From: an uncultured Chthonomonadaceae bacterium
GTDB taxonomy: Bacteria; Armatimonadota; Chthonomonadetes; Chthonomonadales; Chthonomonadaceae
NCBI GenBank assembly: GCA_963835065.1
Contig: CAWIEK010000057.1
Coordinates: forward strand, 90,024-154,023
Direction: 5' to 3'
DNA: 64,000 bases
Numbering within the stretch: position 1 is the stretch's first letter; each line of letters begins with the position of its first letter. The notes beneath the pieces are model-generated. The model ran no database searches. It was given only the letters and a program-made list of their open reading frames with translations, and had not been told where the DNA came from. A program made the translations under genes and the position numbers. Positions 39,081 through 49,909 of this stretch are shown piece by piece.

Positions 39081-40001
39081 CTACCCCATTACTTCTGCGC
39101 GCGTGGGGAGGGAAGGCTGCGCGCCGGGGCGCGTGACGGCAATCGCCGCCGCCCGTGTGGCAAAATCCACCGCTGAACGCAGGGTGCGGCCTTCGCCCAA
39201 GCCTACCGCCAACGCGCCCGTAAAACAGTCGCCCGCCGCCGTTGTATCTACGGGCGCGACAACCTCTGCTGGGATGTGCTGAACGCCGTCTGCCGTCGCC
39301 ATCGCACAGCCCAACTCTCCCAATGTGACCACCACCTGCGCAATGCCGATGCCGTATAATTGCTGCGCCACATCCGCCATGTCCAATCCTTCCGCTGTTT
39401 CGCAGCCAAGCAGATTGGCGGCTTCCTGCGCGTTGGGCGTCAGTGTGCCTACCTTGCGCAAGAGATACGCGGGGAGGGGATTCTCGTACCGCGCCGGAGC
39501 CGGGTTCAGCACAACGCGGGTGTTCAGCGAACGCGCGAATTCTACGGCAAACGTCACCACGTCAAGCGGAATTTCCAGTTGAATCACCAGTACATCCGCG
39601 TCGGCAATCGTTTGCCGCGCCGCTTCCACATCCGCGCGGCTGATTGCGTGGTTCGCGCCGGGCGCAACGGTAATAGCGTTCTGTCCCTCATTATTGACCG
39701 TAATCAGCGCCACGCCGGACGGCTGATCGGCGTCGCGCCCTAAAAAATCCGTATGGATACCATCCGCCGCAAGCGCCTGCGCCAATTGGTCGCCAAACGC
39801 ATCCCTGCCCACGCGCCCGACAAACCAAACGTCGCCGCCTAAGCGCGCCGCCGCCACCGCCTGGTTCGCGCCCTTGCCGCCCGGAGCCGTCATAAACTGC
39901 CCGCCCAGCACGGTTTCTCCCGGCGTGGCGATCCTGGCGCACCGCACCACCATATCCATATTCGCGCTGCCCACCACGACAATGCGCGGCCTTCCTGCCA
40001 T
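39081..40001 (-). CDS. rbsK: Ribokinase
   Basis: VVGSANMD, GGKGANQA, QLEIP, NPAP, DTTAAGDCF. Confidence 0.93.
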   Translation of the reverse strand: MAGRPRIVVVGSANMDMVVRCARIATPGETVLGGQFMTAPGGKGANQAVAAARLGGDVWFVGRVGRDAFGDQLAQALAADGIHTDFLGRDADQPSGVALITVNNEGQNAITVAPGANHAISRADVEAARQTIADADVLVIQLEIPLDVVTFAVEFARSLNTRVVLNPAPARYENPLPAYLLRKVGTLTPNAQEAANLLGCETAEGLDMADVAQQLYGIGIAQVVVTLGELGCAMATADGVQHIPAEVVAPVDTTAAGDCFTGALAVGLGEGRTLRSAVDFATRAAAIAVTRPGAQPSLPTRAEVMG

Positions 40002-40021
40002 AACTGTACCTCATTGGTATA

Positions 40022-40125
40022 AACCACGGGGGGCACGGGGAACACGGGGAGAATAACAGGGAAAGAACCCAGGGGAGCATCCTCCCCTTTTCTCTTCCCC
40101 GTGTTCCCCGTGTCCCCCGTGGTTT
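40022..40125. repeat. Inverted repeat built from CACGGGG(AA/GG) nonamers
   Basis: aaccacggggggcacggggaacacgggga ... tccccgtgttccccgtgtcccccgtggtt. Confidence 0.8.
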
Positions 40126-41101
40126 ATTGTTTTACCACTGGTTTCGCGGTGGTTTTGACCGGCAGGAGTTTCTTTGTTTTCACGGTTTTGCCGGTTTCGA
40201 TGGTGATGCGCCAACAGATGGCGTCGCCCGCGTAATCGTGGCGCAGACGCGCGCCGACATGCTGGCCGGGGTGCAGAGCCGTCCAAGGCATCGGCTTGCT
40301 TTTCTGCACCACTTCGGTTTCCGCGTTGCCCTGCACCAGCCGCATGTCGCTGCTCGTCGTTTCTACCATCAGTTTGTACCCGGCGGCGTCTACGGTTTTG
40401 ATAACGCCGTGCAGGGAAGTGGCCTGCCGCTCCTTAAGTTGCGCGGCGGCCTGCGGCGTGTCACTGACCGCCCGCGCCATGATTGCGCCGCTCGGCAGGG
40501 AACGGGGAATGACGCACACTTTCTCCCCGGCTTTGAAATCGGAAGCCGACGCGGGCTTGCCGTTGCGGCTCCAGGTCGTCTTGTCACTCACCTTATACGC
40601 AAGCGGAATTTTTTCCGCGCCAACAGCAACTGTTAATTCATCGTCTTCCACTGACGTAATGATCGCTTCGGTCATGCTGCGCTTCACGTCTTCAAGCCAT
40701 GCCCATGAGGCTTTATCCGCCACTTCCACTGCTTGTGAGTCGCCGCCATCGCGCGCCTTGCGGATATGTACGACAATCGCCTCACCCGGTTTGAAAGCGC
40801 TCGCTTCCGCTTCCCGCTTGTTTTTCAAAAAGCGCGTTTTTTCCGTCACGGCGTAAGCGGTTGTTTTGCCCAGTTTGTCTTTGAGTTGCAGGGTTCCATC
40901 TTCGGCGTTGAGAGCGACGAGTTCACCGGGCTTGACATTGGGCGATTTGGGCGCAGTTTTGGCGGGCTTTTTTAGCGTGGGAGACACGGACGTGGAAGGC
41001 GTTTGCGCATGAGCGAAAGGGGCGAAGAGCAGCAGCGACAACAGGGACAAACCGGGCAGGGCAGCAGGGCAAAAGCGCGCGGGCTTCGTAGTGGGCTTCA
41101 T
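40124..41101 (-). CDS. Secreted protein with three DUF5666-like OB-fold repeats
   Basis: Signal peptide. Repeats V.EKT.F...FKPGE.I, VSDKT...FKAGEKV, LHPGQHV. Confidence 0.72.
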   Translation of the reverse strand: MKPTTKPARFCPAALPGLSLLSLLLFAPFAHAQTPSTSVSPTLKKPAKTAPKSPNVKPGELVALNAEDGTLQLKDKLGKTTAYAVTEKTRFLKNKREAEASAFKPGEAIVVHIRKARDGGDSQAVEVADKASWAWLEDVKRSMTEAIITSVEDDELTVAVGAEKIPLAYKVSDKTTWSRNGKPASASDFKAGEKVCVIPRSLPSGAIMARAVSDTPQAAAQLKERQATSLHGVIKTVDAAGYKLMVETTSSDMRLVQGNAETEVVQKSKPMPWTALHPGQHVGARLRHDYAGDAICWRITIETGKTVKTKKLLPVKTTAKPVVKQ

Positions 41102-41444
41102 GGTTGTTCTTCTCCTCACGAACAGGGTAGGTACTGCGGAGTGACAACACTCTTCGCCCGTCTTTGCGCGAAGAAGTGACAGGAACGATTTCCACTGCAT
41201 AAATGCAGGAATATAAGGGCGTATCAGGATAAACACTCAGACAACAGTGGTAACATTCGCAATTTGCAGCCCAATTCCTGCCTGTGCCCGAAATTTTTCT
41301 GGAAATTTGCAAAACAGGACAATTGAGGCTATGACAGTTTCTTTTTCGGGGCGCGTCAGTGTAAAGGGCAGTTCTTTGACAACCGGGAATAATCTTGCTA
41401 TACTACTGTTATTCGTGTGCATCCGGGTAGCGGCGGATAGAACT

Positions 41445-41696
41445 ATGGCGCTTTTAGACGTTCCCAAAGTTCCAGAGGAAGCAAAAACTACGGTTTCCCT
41501 CCTTGACAACAAGGAACAGGAGAAGGCTTGTCAAGCAAGTCAGGAGGCTACTGCTGCTACAGAGATATCTGCTTCTGTAGCGCCGCACCCTTTGTCTGAC
41601 TTGGTTGGAAAATATGGCGGGGGCTACTGGGATGAACTTTTCGACAAAATAGATCAAGAGAGACAGAACGAAAATGCGGTGGATTCGCAAACATAG
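41445..41696 (+). CDS. Putative antitoxin upstream of PIN toxin
   Basis: HPLSDLVGKYGG.YWDELF..I..ER tail; precedes a PIN gene. Confidence 0.65.
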   Translation: MALLDVPKVPEEAKTTVSLLDNKEQEKACQASQEATAATEISASVAPHPLSDLVGKYGGGYWDELFDKIDQERQNENAVDSQT

Positions 41697-41711
41697 CCAA
41701 CGGAGCGAATT

Positions 41712-42157
41712 GTGTATCTACTTGATACAGACACTTTTAGCAATCTAATCGCTGAAAACGCCAGACTCCTGTATTAGATCGGAGGATTCGGCGTGAACCC
41801 CTTGCCGGTATTCATATCAGTGTCATACTCGTTGAAGAATACTTGAACAGTATACTGCCGGATATAAACAAGTACCACTCCTCTGAGAAAGTCGTTCAAG
41901 TGTATGAAGTTCTACGTTTGTTTCTGCAAGAGGTCGAACGTTTTGATGTTCTGCCGTTTGATGAACCGGCGTATGAGCAATACCTGAAAATTCCTGACAA
42001 AATCAGGCAAGCGCATCGGCGCGATTGTCGTGTCGCCGCAATTGCGGCAACACGAGGGTATACAGTTGTAACCGGCAACACTCGTGATTTCGGTAAGATA
42101 GCGATTGCTCACTATGAAAATTGGATGATTGAGGAAAATTCTGACGAACCCCGCTGA
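41712..42157 (+). CDS. vapC: PIN-domain VapC toxin with a 1-bp frameshift near 41757
   Basis: VYLLDTDTFS in the first frame, then ISVILVEEYL...VLPFD...DCRVAAIA...VVTGNTRDF. Confidence 0.8.
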
Positions 42158-42177
42158 TTATCAAGCGGGGTTCGTCG
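42143..42177. terminator. Hairpin between convergent genes
   Basis: gacgaaccccgct...agcggggttcgtc. Confidence 0.6.
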
Positions 42178-42201
42178 TGTTTGTTCCCTCAAACCTTTTC
42201 T

Positions 42202-43350
42202 TTACTCCACCTCGCCTATATAGACATCGTTGCCGTAGAAGAACAGCGCGTGTTTGCTGTCGGCAAGCCATTGGACGCCGTACAGCCGTTGAAAGTACGC
42301 GGCGCGCTGCTGAAGCAATGCGCGCGGATTAGACGCGGCGGAAGTAGCGGCGGGAACGGGCTTTTCCGGGGCATACCCTATTTCGCGCAGGCCGCTGCCG
42401 TCGGTATTGCTGACCCACAGACTGTTTTGCTCCTGCGCTTTGATGCCGAACCAGCCCAGGAATGTTTGTACGGGGCGCGGTCCGGGCGGTTCACGGTGGA
42501 TGCGCAGGTTCCACAACAAGCGCGTCCCATCCGGCGCAACGTAAATACCAACGAATGTGGCTCCATCCGGCATGCGAACATTAATTTGGCGCGTGGGCGC
42601 GTGGTCGGTTTCCAGATCGGTATCGTAAAGGGTGTACGCGCTTACAGAGCCGAAGGTGTAATCATGCGTCAGCAGGTGATGCGTATTTGTGATGCCGAGC
42701 AGCCAGTGCCCCCCGCTGCCGGCAAAATCGCGTTTGCTGTCCGATTCGGACGCTTCCATGTGATGCAGCCGCGCGCCGTTGATGCGAAACTGATTGTCGT
42801 AATGCGGTTCCAGCCAGAGCCGACTATCGGAACTCCAGCGTACCTCACGCCGGTAGCGGTTTTCCTGCAAATCGCGCGGCCATTGTCGCTGTACGCTTCC
42901 ATCCAATGCAAACGCGCGCCACACAGCCTTGTCCTTCCACAGCAGCCATTTGCCATTCGGGGAAAATTGTCTAAGCGAAGGCGTATAGATTATCGCCTTG
43001 CTGCCTGCCGCGCCGCGTTGAGGAATAGACACAGGAACGAGTTTCAACTGCGACGCGAAGCGGTCATTGAATGGCTGCAAGGGCGTCTCGCTTCCCGTCA
43101 GCACATCGCGTACCCCAACGGTATCATAATCCAAACCGGGAGCATTGCGCAGCACAAGTTGCTCGTGATTGCTGCGCCACGCGCTCGTGTCGTACTGATT
43201 GTGTCCCGCATCAAATGCGTCAACGGAAAGCGGCAGTTTATGCGCGTCCCGCAGGAGCAGGCGTTCGCGCGGCATCAGCGCAAAGCCCAACAGGACAAGA
43301 ATTGCCAGTATACCCACTGCCAGCAATGCCTTAACCCAACGCTTCCGCAT
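42202..43350 (-). CDS. Membrane-anchored TolB-like beta-propeller hypothetical protein
   Basis: N-terminal TM. FSPNGKWLLW, WSSDS, APDGTRLLW, WLADSK repeats. Confidence 0.7.
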   Translation of the reverse strand: MRKRWVKALLAVGILAILVLLGFALMPRERLLLRDAHKLPLSVDAFDAGHNQYDTSAWRSNHEQLVLRNAPGLDYDTVGVRDVLTGSETPLQPFNDRFASQLKLVPVSIPQRGAAGSKAIIYTPSLRQFSPNGKWLLWKDKAVWRAFALDGSVQRQWPRDLQENRYRREVRWSSDSRLWLEPHYDNQFRINGARLHHMEASESDSKRDFAGSGGHWLLGITNTHHLLTHDYTFGSVSAYTLYDTDLETDHAPTRQINVRMPDGATFVGIYVAPDGTRLLWNLRIHREPPGPRPVQTFLGWFGIKAQEQNSLWVSNTDGSGLREIGYAPEKPVPAATSAASNPRALLQQRAAYFQRLYGVQWLADSKHALFFYGNDVYIGEVE

Positions 43351-43387
43351 GTTCCCTGCGCTCCTTTCCGCACATTGCAAATCGGCT

Positions 43388-44723
43388 TTACATCGGCAAA
43401 TCGGGTCCGACGCGCTCCAATCCTGCTGCGGTTACGGCATAATCGTGTTCCAGGCGAACGCCGATGCCTTCGGACGCGATGTATAATCCCGGCTCGACGG
43501 TGATTACGTTGCCGGGCTGGAGGGGGGCTTCGCGGTCGGCAAACAAAACGGCGTCATGCACGTCCAAGCCGAGATGGTGGCCCAGGCCGTGCGGCATGAA
43601 CGCTTTCATCGTCTGTTCCTTGCCGTCCGCGTCCAGAGCGCGCAGGGGCAACTCGTCCAAAAATGTTTTACACCGGTCATCCAGGGTTTTCAGGCTGTCC
43701 TCGCCGGGTTTGTACTGTTCCAGCGTATGCTGAAACGCCGCCCGAACCAGATTGTAAATGTCGCGCTGCCGGTCCGTCATGGTTTCGCCTACGGCATACG
43801 TGCGCGTCAGGTCGCCGCAATAGTGGTCCACCTGCGCGCCGATGTCCACGACGACCAATTCTCCCGCCTGTAAAACGTGGTGATTGTCTTCGTAGTGCAG
43901 CACTGTCGCGTTGCGCCCGCCCCCGACAATCGTAGAAAACGCAAGCATCGCACCCCGGCTGCGAAACGCCTGAAAGATGGCCGCTTCCACTTCGTACTCG
44001 CGCTTTCCCGCGCCGTTCAGAATCAATTCGCGGGCAATCCGCTGCCCTTCCGCCGTCACCGCAACCGCCTGCGCGATGCGCTCGATTTCCGCCGGGGATT
44101 TTATCAAGCGCTGTTCCATGATGCTCGGCGACACGTCCCGAAACTGCGCGCCCGGCGCAAGCCGTCCAATGTGCTGCATCAAGCGCGTACTCCCGCGTCA
44201 TTTGCGCCTGTTCGCCATACGGCGTGACCGTATAAATCAGCGCATTGCGCCGCAGCCAGCCTGTCAGCGCGCCCCACAAACCGCCCGCGTCCACGACCTT
44301 TTCAATCCCCGTCGCCTTTTCCGTATCCTCGCCCGGTCCCAAGCGCGGCCCCATCCACAACTCCGTTTGCGCATTGCGGGCCGGCAAAAACAGCAGTTCC
44401 CGCGTTTTGGCTTCTACCGCCCGCAGCCCGACGCTTGCGCTCAGGCCATCGGGAAGCAACACCAGAAACGCGCCGGGTGTCGTAATCCCTGTCAGGTAAA
44501 AGATATTGCTGTTTTGCTGGAACACAGCGCCTTTGGCGGCTTCGTCTTCCGTCGTGCCGCGTACCAAAACAATGCCGTCCAGGCAGGCGCGGCGTAGCGC
44601 CGCGCGCCGCGCCTGAAACTCTTCGGGCGCAAACCCGGCAAGCGGAACGGGCGGTGTCAGCAGGCTGGAAGCGGGCGCATCGGCGGCATCGGCAAAAGCA
44701 ACGGGAACAGGCGGCGCGGTCAC
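43388..44723 (-). CDS. pepP: Xaa-Pro aminopeptidase (M24B) with a 1-bp frameshift near 44183
   Basis: N-domain FQQNSNIFYLTG. RLIKSPAEI, LHY, VDIGA...GDLTRT, HGLGHHLGLDVHD, TVEPG.Y...GVRLE. Confidence 0.88.
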
Positions 44724-44736
44724 GAATGGTTTTCTC

Positions 44737-45387
44737 CTACGGCATTTCGGAAGCAGGGGGCGTGTCAGCGGCAATGGCTTCGGTTTGTTCGCCCATGAGC
44801 GCGGCCAGATTCAGCGTTAATCCCGGAAACAGGGCGGGCTGAAAATCCTCGCCGCGATCAATGGCATTAATGGTTACGGAACCGTCAGGCAGAAAACGCA
44901 ACTCTTCCAAAACCAGCGTGATGGGATCAATAAGCCAGTACCATTGAACGCCGTTGCGCCGATAAACGCGCTGTTTATGAACGCGGTCACGCCGCTGATT
45001 GTCGGAAAGTATTTCGACGACAAGTTCGGGAACGCCGTGTATTTTGTCGTCCTCCGGGTCAAGCCGCGCCCCGCCATTAGCCGCCACAAAGGTTATGTCG
45101 GGAATGTACATCTTGCCATCCGGCAGGTAAACATCCACTTCCATGAAAGCCTCACCGATAGGATTAGCGACAAGGTACTCATCAATGGGGTATGCAAGAC
45201 GAAGCAGCAGACGTTGGTGACGGCTTTTTGGCGATACCATCGGGTTCTCTTCTCCATTGCGGGGTATCAGCAGGCCGTCCTCAAACTCGTAGTACGGTGG
45301 CCCTTCCCCCATCGCCACAAATTCCTCCAGCGTAATGCGTTTCTGAGGAAGCAGCGTTTTATCAGGCGGTTGTGATACGGCAGTCAT
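44737..45387 (-). CDS. Uma2 (DUF820) family endonuclease
   Basis: SP...HQ, PDI.FV, PELVVEILS, YWLIDP. Confidence 0.9.
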   Translation of the reverse strand: MTAVSQPPDKTLLPQKRITLEEFVAMGEGPPYYEFEDGLLIPRNGEENPMVSPKSRHQRLLLRLAYPIDEYLVANPIGEAFMEVDVYLPDGKMYIPDITFVAANGGARLDPEDDKIHGVPELVVEILSDNQRRDRVHKQRVYRRNGVQWYWLIDPITLVLEELRFLPDGSVTINAIDRGEDFQPALFPGLTLNLAALMGEQTEAIAADTPPASEMP

Positions 45388-45475
45388 GGATAGTGGTTAC
45401 TCCTGAAACGAAAATAACATGGCGCAGTACGCAGGAAAGAGGCTTTTTCCTTTCTCCTTTTCCCTTTTTCCTTCC

Positions 45476-46243
45476 CTAACTCACTCCGCGCGGAATGGCA
45501 AGCGGGTCAATGCCGCGCAGCATCATGCCCTGTCCGCGCGATTCGTGCGTCACGATAGAGGGCGGGTCAGCGGGGTCGCGCATTTGTACCAGCAGCGTGG
45601 TGCGCGCTTCCTGGCTGACGTTGATGCCCGAACCGTGAATGGTGAGATAGGAGAAGAACAGTACGTCGCCCGCTTTGGCCTCGCATGGTATGGCGCTGTC
45701 AATCGGGTACTGCTCAAACGGCAGATGCCAGCCGCCCTGCGAACTGTGTTCCAGAACGCCCAATTTGTGGCTGCCCGGCACGACGCGGACGCACCCCTTT
45801 TCAATCGGCGCGTCGTCGAAATGGATGATAGCGGCCATCATGGTATGGCGGTCATGCGGAAAATAGGGCGCGTCCTGGTGCATGGGGAACGGCGAACCTT
45901 TTTCGGGTGGCTTGATGAACATTTTGGTATGGTGCAACTGGACGTTGGGACTGCCGATAACGCCACTGGCGCGATCCGTGAGGCGCGGGTCTACAATCAG
46001 GCGGGCAAAGGCGGCGGAATAAAACTGCACATTGTGACAGTGCATGATTTTGGTGTCTTTGGCTTCCGGCACGGCTTCCCGCGCCGCCCCCCACGTCGCG
46101 TCCATGTTCTGCTGCGCGCCCAGCCGCGCGGCTAATTCATGGCACTCGCGGCGCAAATCAGCGGACTCGGCGGGCGTGAGAAGGCCACGCGCCAGCACAT
46201 AGCCGTTCTCATGGTAAAAAGCAAGTTCCTCAGGCGTCAACAT
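45476..46243 (-). CDS. Phytanoyl-CoA dioxygenase family Fe(II)/2OG enzyme
   Basis: FYHENGY, HQD, VPGSH, AGDVLFF..LTIHGS. Confidence 0.9.
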   Translation of the reverse strand: MLTPEELAFYHENGYVLARGLLTPAESADLRRECHELAARLGAQQNMDATWGAAREAVPEAKDTKIMHCHNVQFYSAAFARLIVDPRLTDRASGVIGSPNVQLHHTKMFIKPPEKGSPFPMHQDAPYFPHDRHTMMAAIIHFDDAPIEKGCVRVVPGSHKLGVLEHSSQGGWHLPFEQYPIDSAIPCEAKAGDVLFFSYLTIHGSGINVSQEARTTLLVQMRDPADPPSIVTHESRGQGMMLRGIDPLAIPRGVS

Positions 46244-46274
46244 CGTCGTAGTCTCCAGTGGTTTTGGTAATAGT

Positions 46275-47183
46275 CTACCTCGGATACTGCTTCATCAGTT
46301 CGTGGAAGTCCGTCGCCATTTGCAGCGCCTGCTCAAAAGGACGCTGCCAGATGTTGCGCCCGAAGATCAGTCCCGTCGCGCCCGCTTCCATGGAGCGTTT
46401 GGCTTTCAGGTGCAGGGCCGTATCATCCTCGTGTTCCCCGCCCGAAATCAGCGTCAGGGTTCGGCCTGCGGTGGCGATGACCCGCGCAATCATGGCTTCC
46501 TCGTCCTCGTTCAAGTCGTTGTACGGCTTGGGCATTTTGGCGCGGTCTTCGGGCGACACCTGCTGCGGGAAGTTGACCTTGACCACATCCGCGCCCATTT
46601 CCATTGCCACACGCGCCGCGTAATCCACCGCCCAGATACTGTCCGGCCCGCCCTTCGCCTTGACGTTCTCGCCGCGTGGATACGCCCACACGATAACCGG
46701 CATCCCAAGCCGTTCCGCTTCATCACGAACGCGGGCAAACTGCTTGAAATCCTCATCCTGGCGCGGCGAACCGACGTACAGCGTGTACCCGATAGCGTCC
46801 GCGCCCATGCGAACCGCGTCCTCCACACTGGACTCGACGGGCGAAAGCGGCGCGTCCGCGCCCGAAATCTCGGTTTTGCCGTTCACTTTCAGCACCAGGG
46901 GAACCAGTCCGGCAAAGTCCCGCATGTACTTGTCCGCCAACCCATATTGCAGCGCGATACCCGTAAACTTGCCGTCCAGAGCGACGTTGAGTTCAAATTC
47001 CGGGTTGGCGCTGGCGGGATTGACAAAAAAGTCGCGCGGCCCATGTTCCAATCCCTGATCTATGGGCAAAAACAGCAGCGTTCCGTTCCCCGGCCCATAC
47101 TGATACAGCAGCCGATGCAGGCGCGTCCGCTTGCCTAAATTCAGGTGTGACATGTCGTTGAGAGTGATGCGTTTGTTTGTCAT
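46275..47183 (-). CDS. fbaB: Class I (DhnA-type) fructose-bisphosphate aldolase
   Basis: LPIDQGLEHGP, WAYPRG, GADVVKV, GLIFGRN. Confidence 0.9.
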   Translation of the reverse strand: MTNKRITLNDMSHLNLGKRTRLHRLLYQYGPGNGTLLFLPIDQGLEHGPRDFFVNPASANPEFELNVALDGKFTGIALQYGLADKYMRDFAGLVPLVLKVNGKTEISGADAPLSPVESSVEDAVRMGADAIGYTLYVGSPRQDEDFKQFARVRDEAERLGMPVIVWAYPRGENVKAKGGPDSIWAVDYAARVAMEMGADVVKVNFPQQVSPEDRAKMPKPYNDLNEDEEAMIARVIATAGRTLTLISGGEHEDDTALHLKAKRSMEAGATGLIFGRNIWQRPFEQALQMATDFHELMKQYPR

Positions 47184-47201
47184 TGAAGTCTCACTTTCCG
47201 C

Positions 47202-48374
47202 CTACTGAACTTTCTCCATGAACTCGTTGATTTTCGCGCGAAACGCCTGCGTATAGCCTTCGATGGTGTCCACTGTCAGCGCGTCGAACGCGGCGGAATC
47301 CGCCACGCTGCCGCCCGCGTAGGCTTTGGTTACATCCTCAGAGGCATACGCGGCTTGAAACGCGGCGCGAATGTCGGCGTCCGTCAGGCGAGCAAGCTGC
47401 TTACGGAACCATTGCGCATGGGCAAGCGGAATCTTTTCGTGAACCGCCGCCATGTTCTTGATAATGTCCTCGAACTTCAGGTAAACATACTCGCCGTCCA
47501 CCTTGCGCACGAAACTGGTTTCTTTCCGGTAGTCGCTGAGAACGCCTTTGGATTTCATCTGCCCGAAACTCGCGCCCCAATCGCTGACGATGTACCAGTT
47601 TTGCGGGCCATCGGCTCCCGCAGTCTGAACGATTTTGTTGTTCTTGGGCTGCGCGTCCCAATCGTGTACCATCACTTCCAAAATCAGCAGGCCGGAAAGC
47701 TGTTCGGGCGGAACACCGGGGTTTTTGCGCTCGTCCCAATCGGCGTCCGCGTCCTCGTCTTTGGAGTTGGCTTTGCTGTTGGCTGCGCCTTTCAGGTGCT
47801 TTTCCGCCTTGTCGTGCCGCTTGAAACGGGCTTCCGCGAATGTGCCGTCCGGGGCAATGTACCCTTTGCACTTGCCTAAATCCGTATCCGCGCCGATGCC
47901 GTAGATTCTGCCGGTCTTGACGTAATAGTTTTCGTCCACTCCGTAGCCGAGCGCCCATGCCAGCCGGGGCGCGGCAACGTCGGCATGGACTTCCGGCCCA
48001 AACTTCACCGTCCACTTGATGCCGTTCTTGTCTGTCATACGGCATTTCGGGCTGGTTCCGTCATTATCCTTTTCAAAATTCGTAAACGGCGGCGTTGGCA
48101 GACGGGACGCGGGGTTTTGCTCTCGGCTTGCCGCTCCCCAAAACACCTGCGCGGGCGTCAGCGTACCCCGGTCTTCCCATAGTATCGCTTTGCCCGCCGC
48201 CGTTTCCGATGGTGATGCTGTCGCCTGCTTGCCCCCGGCTTTTACAGTTTGTTTTGTATTGGAAGCAGTTTTCGCTGCATTGTCGGCTGTGTTCGGCGCG
48301 GATTGGCAATATCCCGCCGCAATGCACCCCCCCATCATGCCTGCCGTCAACCAACTGCTATGTCCGTATTTCAT
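47202..48374 (-). CDS. Exported hypothetical protein with atypical kinase-like motifs
   Basis: Signal-like N-terminus. GTSPK, W.VKFG.E, DWDAQPKNN, VSDWGASFG. Confidence 0.7.
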   Translation of the reverse strand: MKYGHSSWLTAGMMGGCIAAGYCQSAPNTADNAAKTASNTKQTVKAGGKQATASPSETAAGKAILWEDRGTLTPAQVFWGAASREQNPASRLPTPPFTNFEKDNDGTSPKCRMTDKNGIKWTVKFGPEVHADVAAPRLAWALGYGVDENYYVKTGRIYGIGADTDLGKCKGYIAPDGTFAEARFKRHDKAEKHLKGAANSKANSKDEDADADWDERKNPGVPPEQLSGLLILEVMVHDWDAQPKNNKIVQTAGADGPQNWYIVSDWGASFGQMKSKGVLSDYRKETSFVRKVDGEYVYLKFEDIIKNMAAVHEKIPLAHAQWFRKQLARLTDADIRAAFQAAYASEDVTKAYAGGSVADSAAFDALTVDTIEGYTQAFRAKINEFMEKVQ

Positions 48375-48545
48375 CCTGCCATGATCTCCTCGCTCCTTGT
48401 GAGTCCTTCCCCTGTATCTGTACACAGACACTAGAAAATACGTGAACTGTTAGAGGATGTATGCAGGATGCGCAGCCAAACACGCAAAAACGCCTGTCTT
48501 GTAGGGAGGCAGGCGTTTCGCTTTATTCTCAATTCAGAACTTAGT

Positions 48546-49505
48546 CTATTGTTTTGACTTGGCGTGTTCGATGGCGGAGGGCAGTTGGTTCGCGCTGCCC
48601 AGATACTGGTTGCGGCTGACGATGAACTTGGCGTATTCGGCCATGAAGATTTTGCCCGGCGGGCGCAGGTCGAACTCGGCGGGCTTATCGCGGAAGAATT
48701 CGCGGAGAACGCGCGTCCACACCAAACGCCCGTCCGTGTCAATGTTGACCTTGCACACGCCCAGTTTGGCGGCAGGCAGATACTGCTCCGGGTCCACGCC
48801 CTTCGCGCCTTCCTTCAATTTCCCGCCCGCCTCATTGATGCGGTGAACTTCGTCCTGCGGCACGGAAGACGAGCCGTGCATGACCAGAGGCGTGTTGGGA
48901 ATTTTGGACTGAATGGCCTTGATGCGGTCGAAGTGCAAGCCCTGCCCGCCCGAAAACTTGTACGCGCCGTGACTGGTTCCAATCGCGCAGGCGAGACTGT
49001 CGCAGCCCGACTGCTTTACGAACTCCTCGGCTTCGTCCGGGTCGGTCAGGCAGGCGTTCTTTTCGTCTACCTTGATGTCTTCCTCAACGCCGCCCAACAT
49101 GCCCAATTCGGCCTCGACGGAAATGCCGCGCGCATGGGCCGCGTCCACAACCCGCTTCGTGATGGCGACATTCTCCTCAAACTTTTCGTGCGAAGCGTCA
49201 ATCATCACGGACGAGTAAAAGCCGCTGGCAACGCACTCCAGAGCCGTCGCCTCGTCGCCGTGGTCCAGATGCACGGCAAACAGCGCGTTGGGGAAAATCT
49301 CATCGGCGGTGCGGATGATAGCTTCCAGCATGCGCTTGTCGGTGTACGCGCGCGCGCCTTTGGAAATCTGAATGATGAACGGCGCTTGCGAGTCAATGCA
49401 GCCTTGAAACAGGCCCATCGTCTGTTCCAGGTTGTTGATGTTGTACGCGCCCAGGGCATATTTGCCGTAAGCGTGTTCAAACAGAGTGCGGGTCGTGGCG
49501 ATCAT
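48546..49505 (-). CDS. fbaA: Class II fructose-bisphosphate aldolase
   Basis: VHLDHG, SVMIDASH, VEAELG, GTSHGAYK, VMHGSS, KVNIDTD. Confidence 0.94.
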   Translation of the reverse strand: MIATTRTLFEHAYGKYALGAYNINNLEQTMGLFQGCIDSQAPFIIQISKGARAYTDKRMLEAIIRTADEIFPNALFAVHLDHGDEATALECVASGFYSSVMIDASHEKFEENVAITKRVVDAAHARGISVEAELGMLGGVEEDIKVDEKNACLTDPDEAEEFVKQSGCDSLACAIGTSHGAYKFSGGQGLHFDRIKAIQSKIPNTPLVMHGSSSVPQDEVHRINEAGGKLKEGAKGVDPEQYLPAAKLGVCKVNIDTDGRLVWTRVLREFFRDKPAEFDLRPPGKIFMAEYAKFIVSRNQYLGSANQLPSAIEHAKSKQ

Positions 49506-49518
49506 GAGGGTTCCTCCG

Positions 49519-49780
49519 GGTCAGGGTTTCAGGGTGTTAAGGTTTTAGGGTTTTAGGTGTTCGGTGTTCGGCTTCTGTCTTTTGTTATTCGTACAATTCA
49601 AAGCGCTTGAAGTATGCGAGTTTCATTATAGCCGCAAAGTCAGCGCGAATACAAGCCTTTTCAAAGAGAAATACTAGATATAAGATATAAGATATTAGAT
49701 ATTAGGGAAGAAGATAGAAGCCCAATATTGAACACCGAACACCGAATACCGAACACCCAACACCCATTCCCTGACACCTA
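49519..49780. repeat. Heptamer tandem repeats (GGTTTTA, GGTGTTC, AGATATT, AACACCG) around the fbaA promoter
   Basis: Directly visible. The 49519-49560 tract resembles the reverse complement of 57355-57406. Confidence 0.8.
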
Positions 49781-49909
49781 TTCACCCTTATTCATTGGTA
49801 TTAGTGCGTGTATTTGTTCGGAAGGTTGGAAATGCCGCATATTTACCTGCGCTATGCCCGCGAAAGTAGTGAATAATAAACATACTTTCAGAGAAAGGAG
49901 AGTGGCTCG

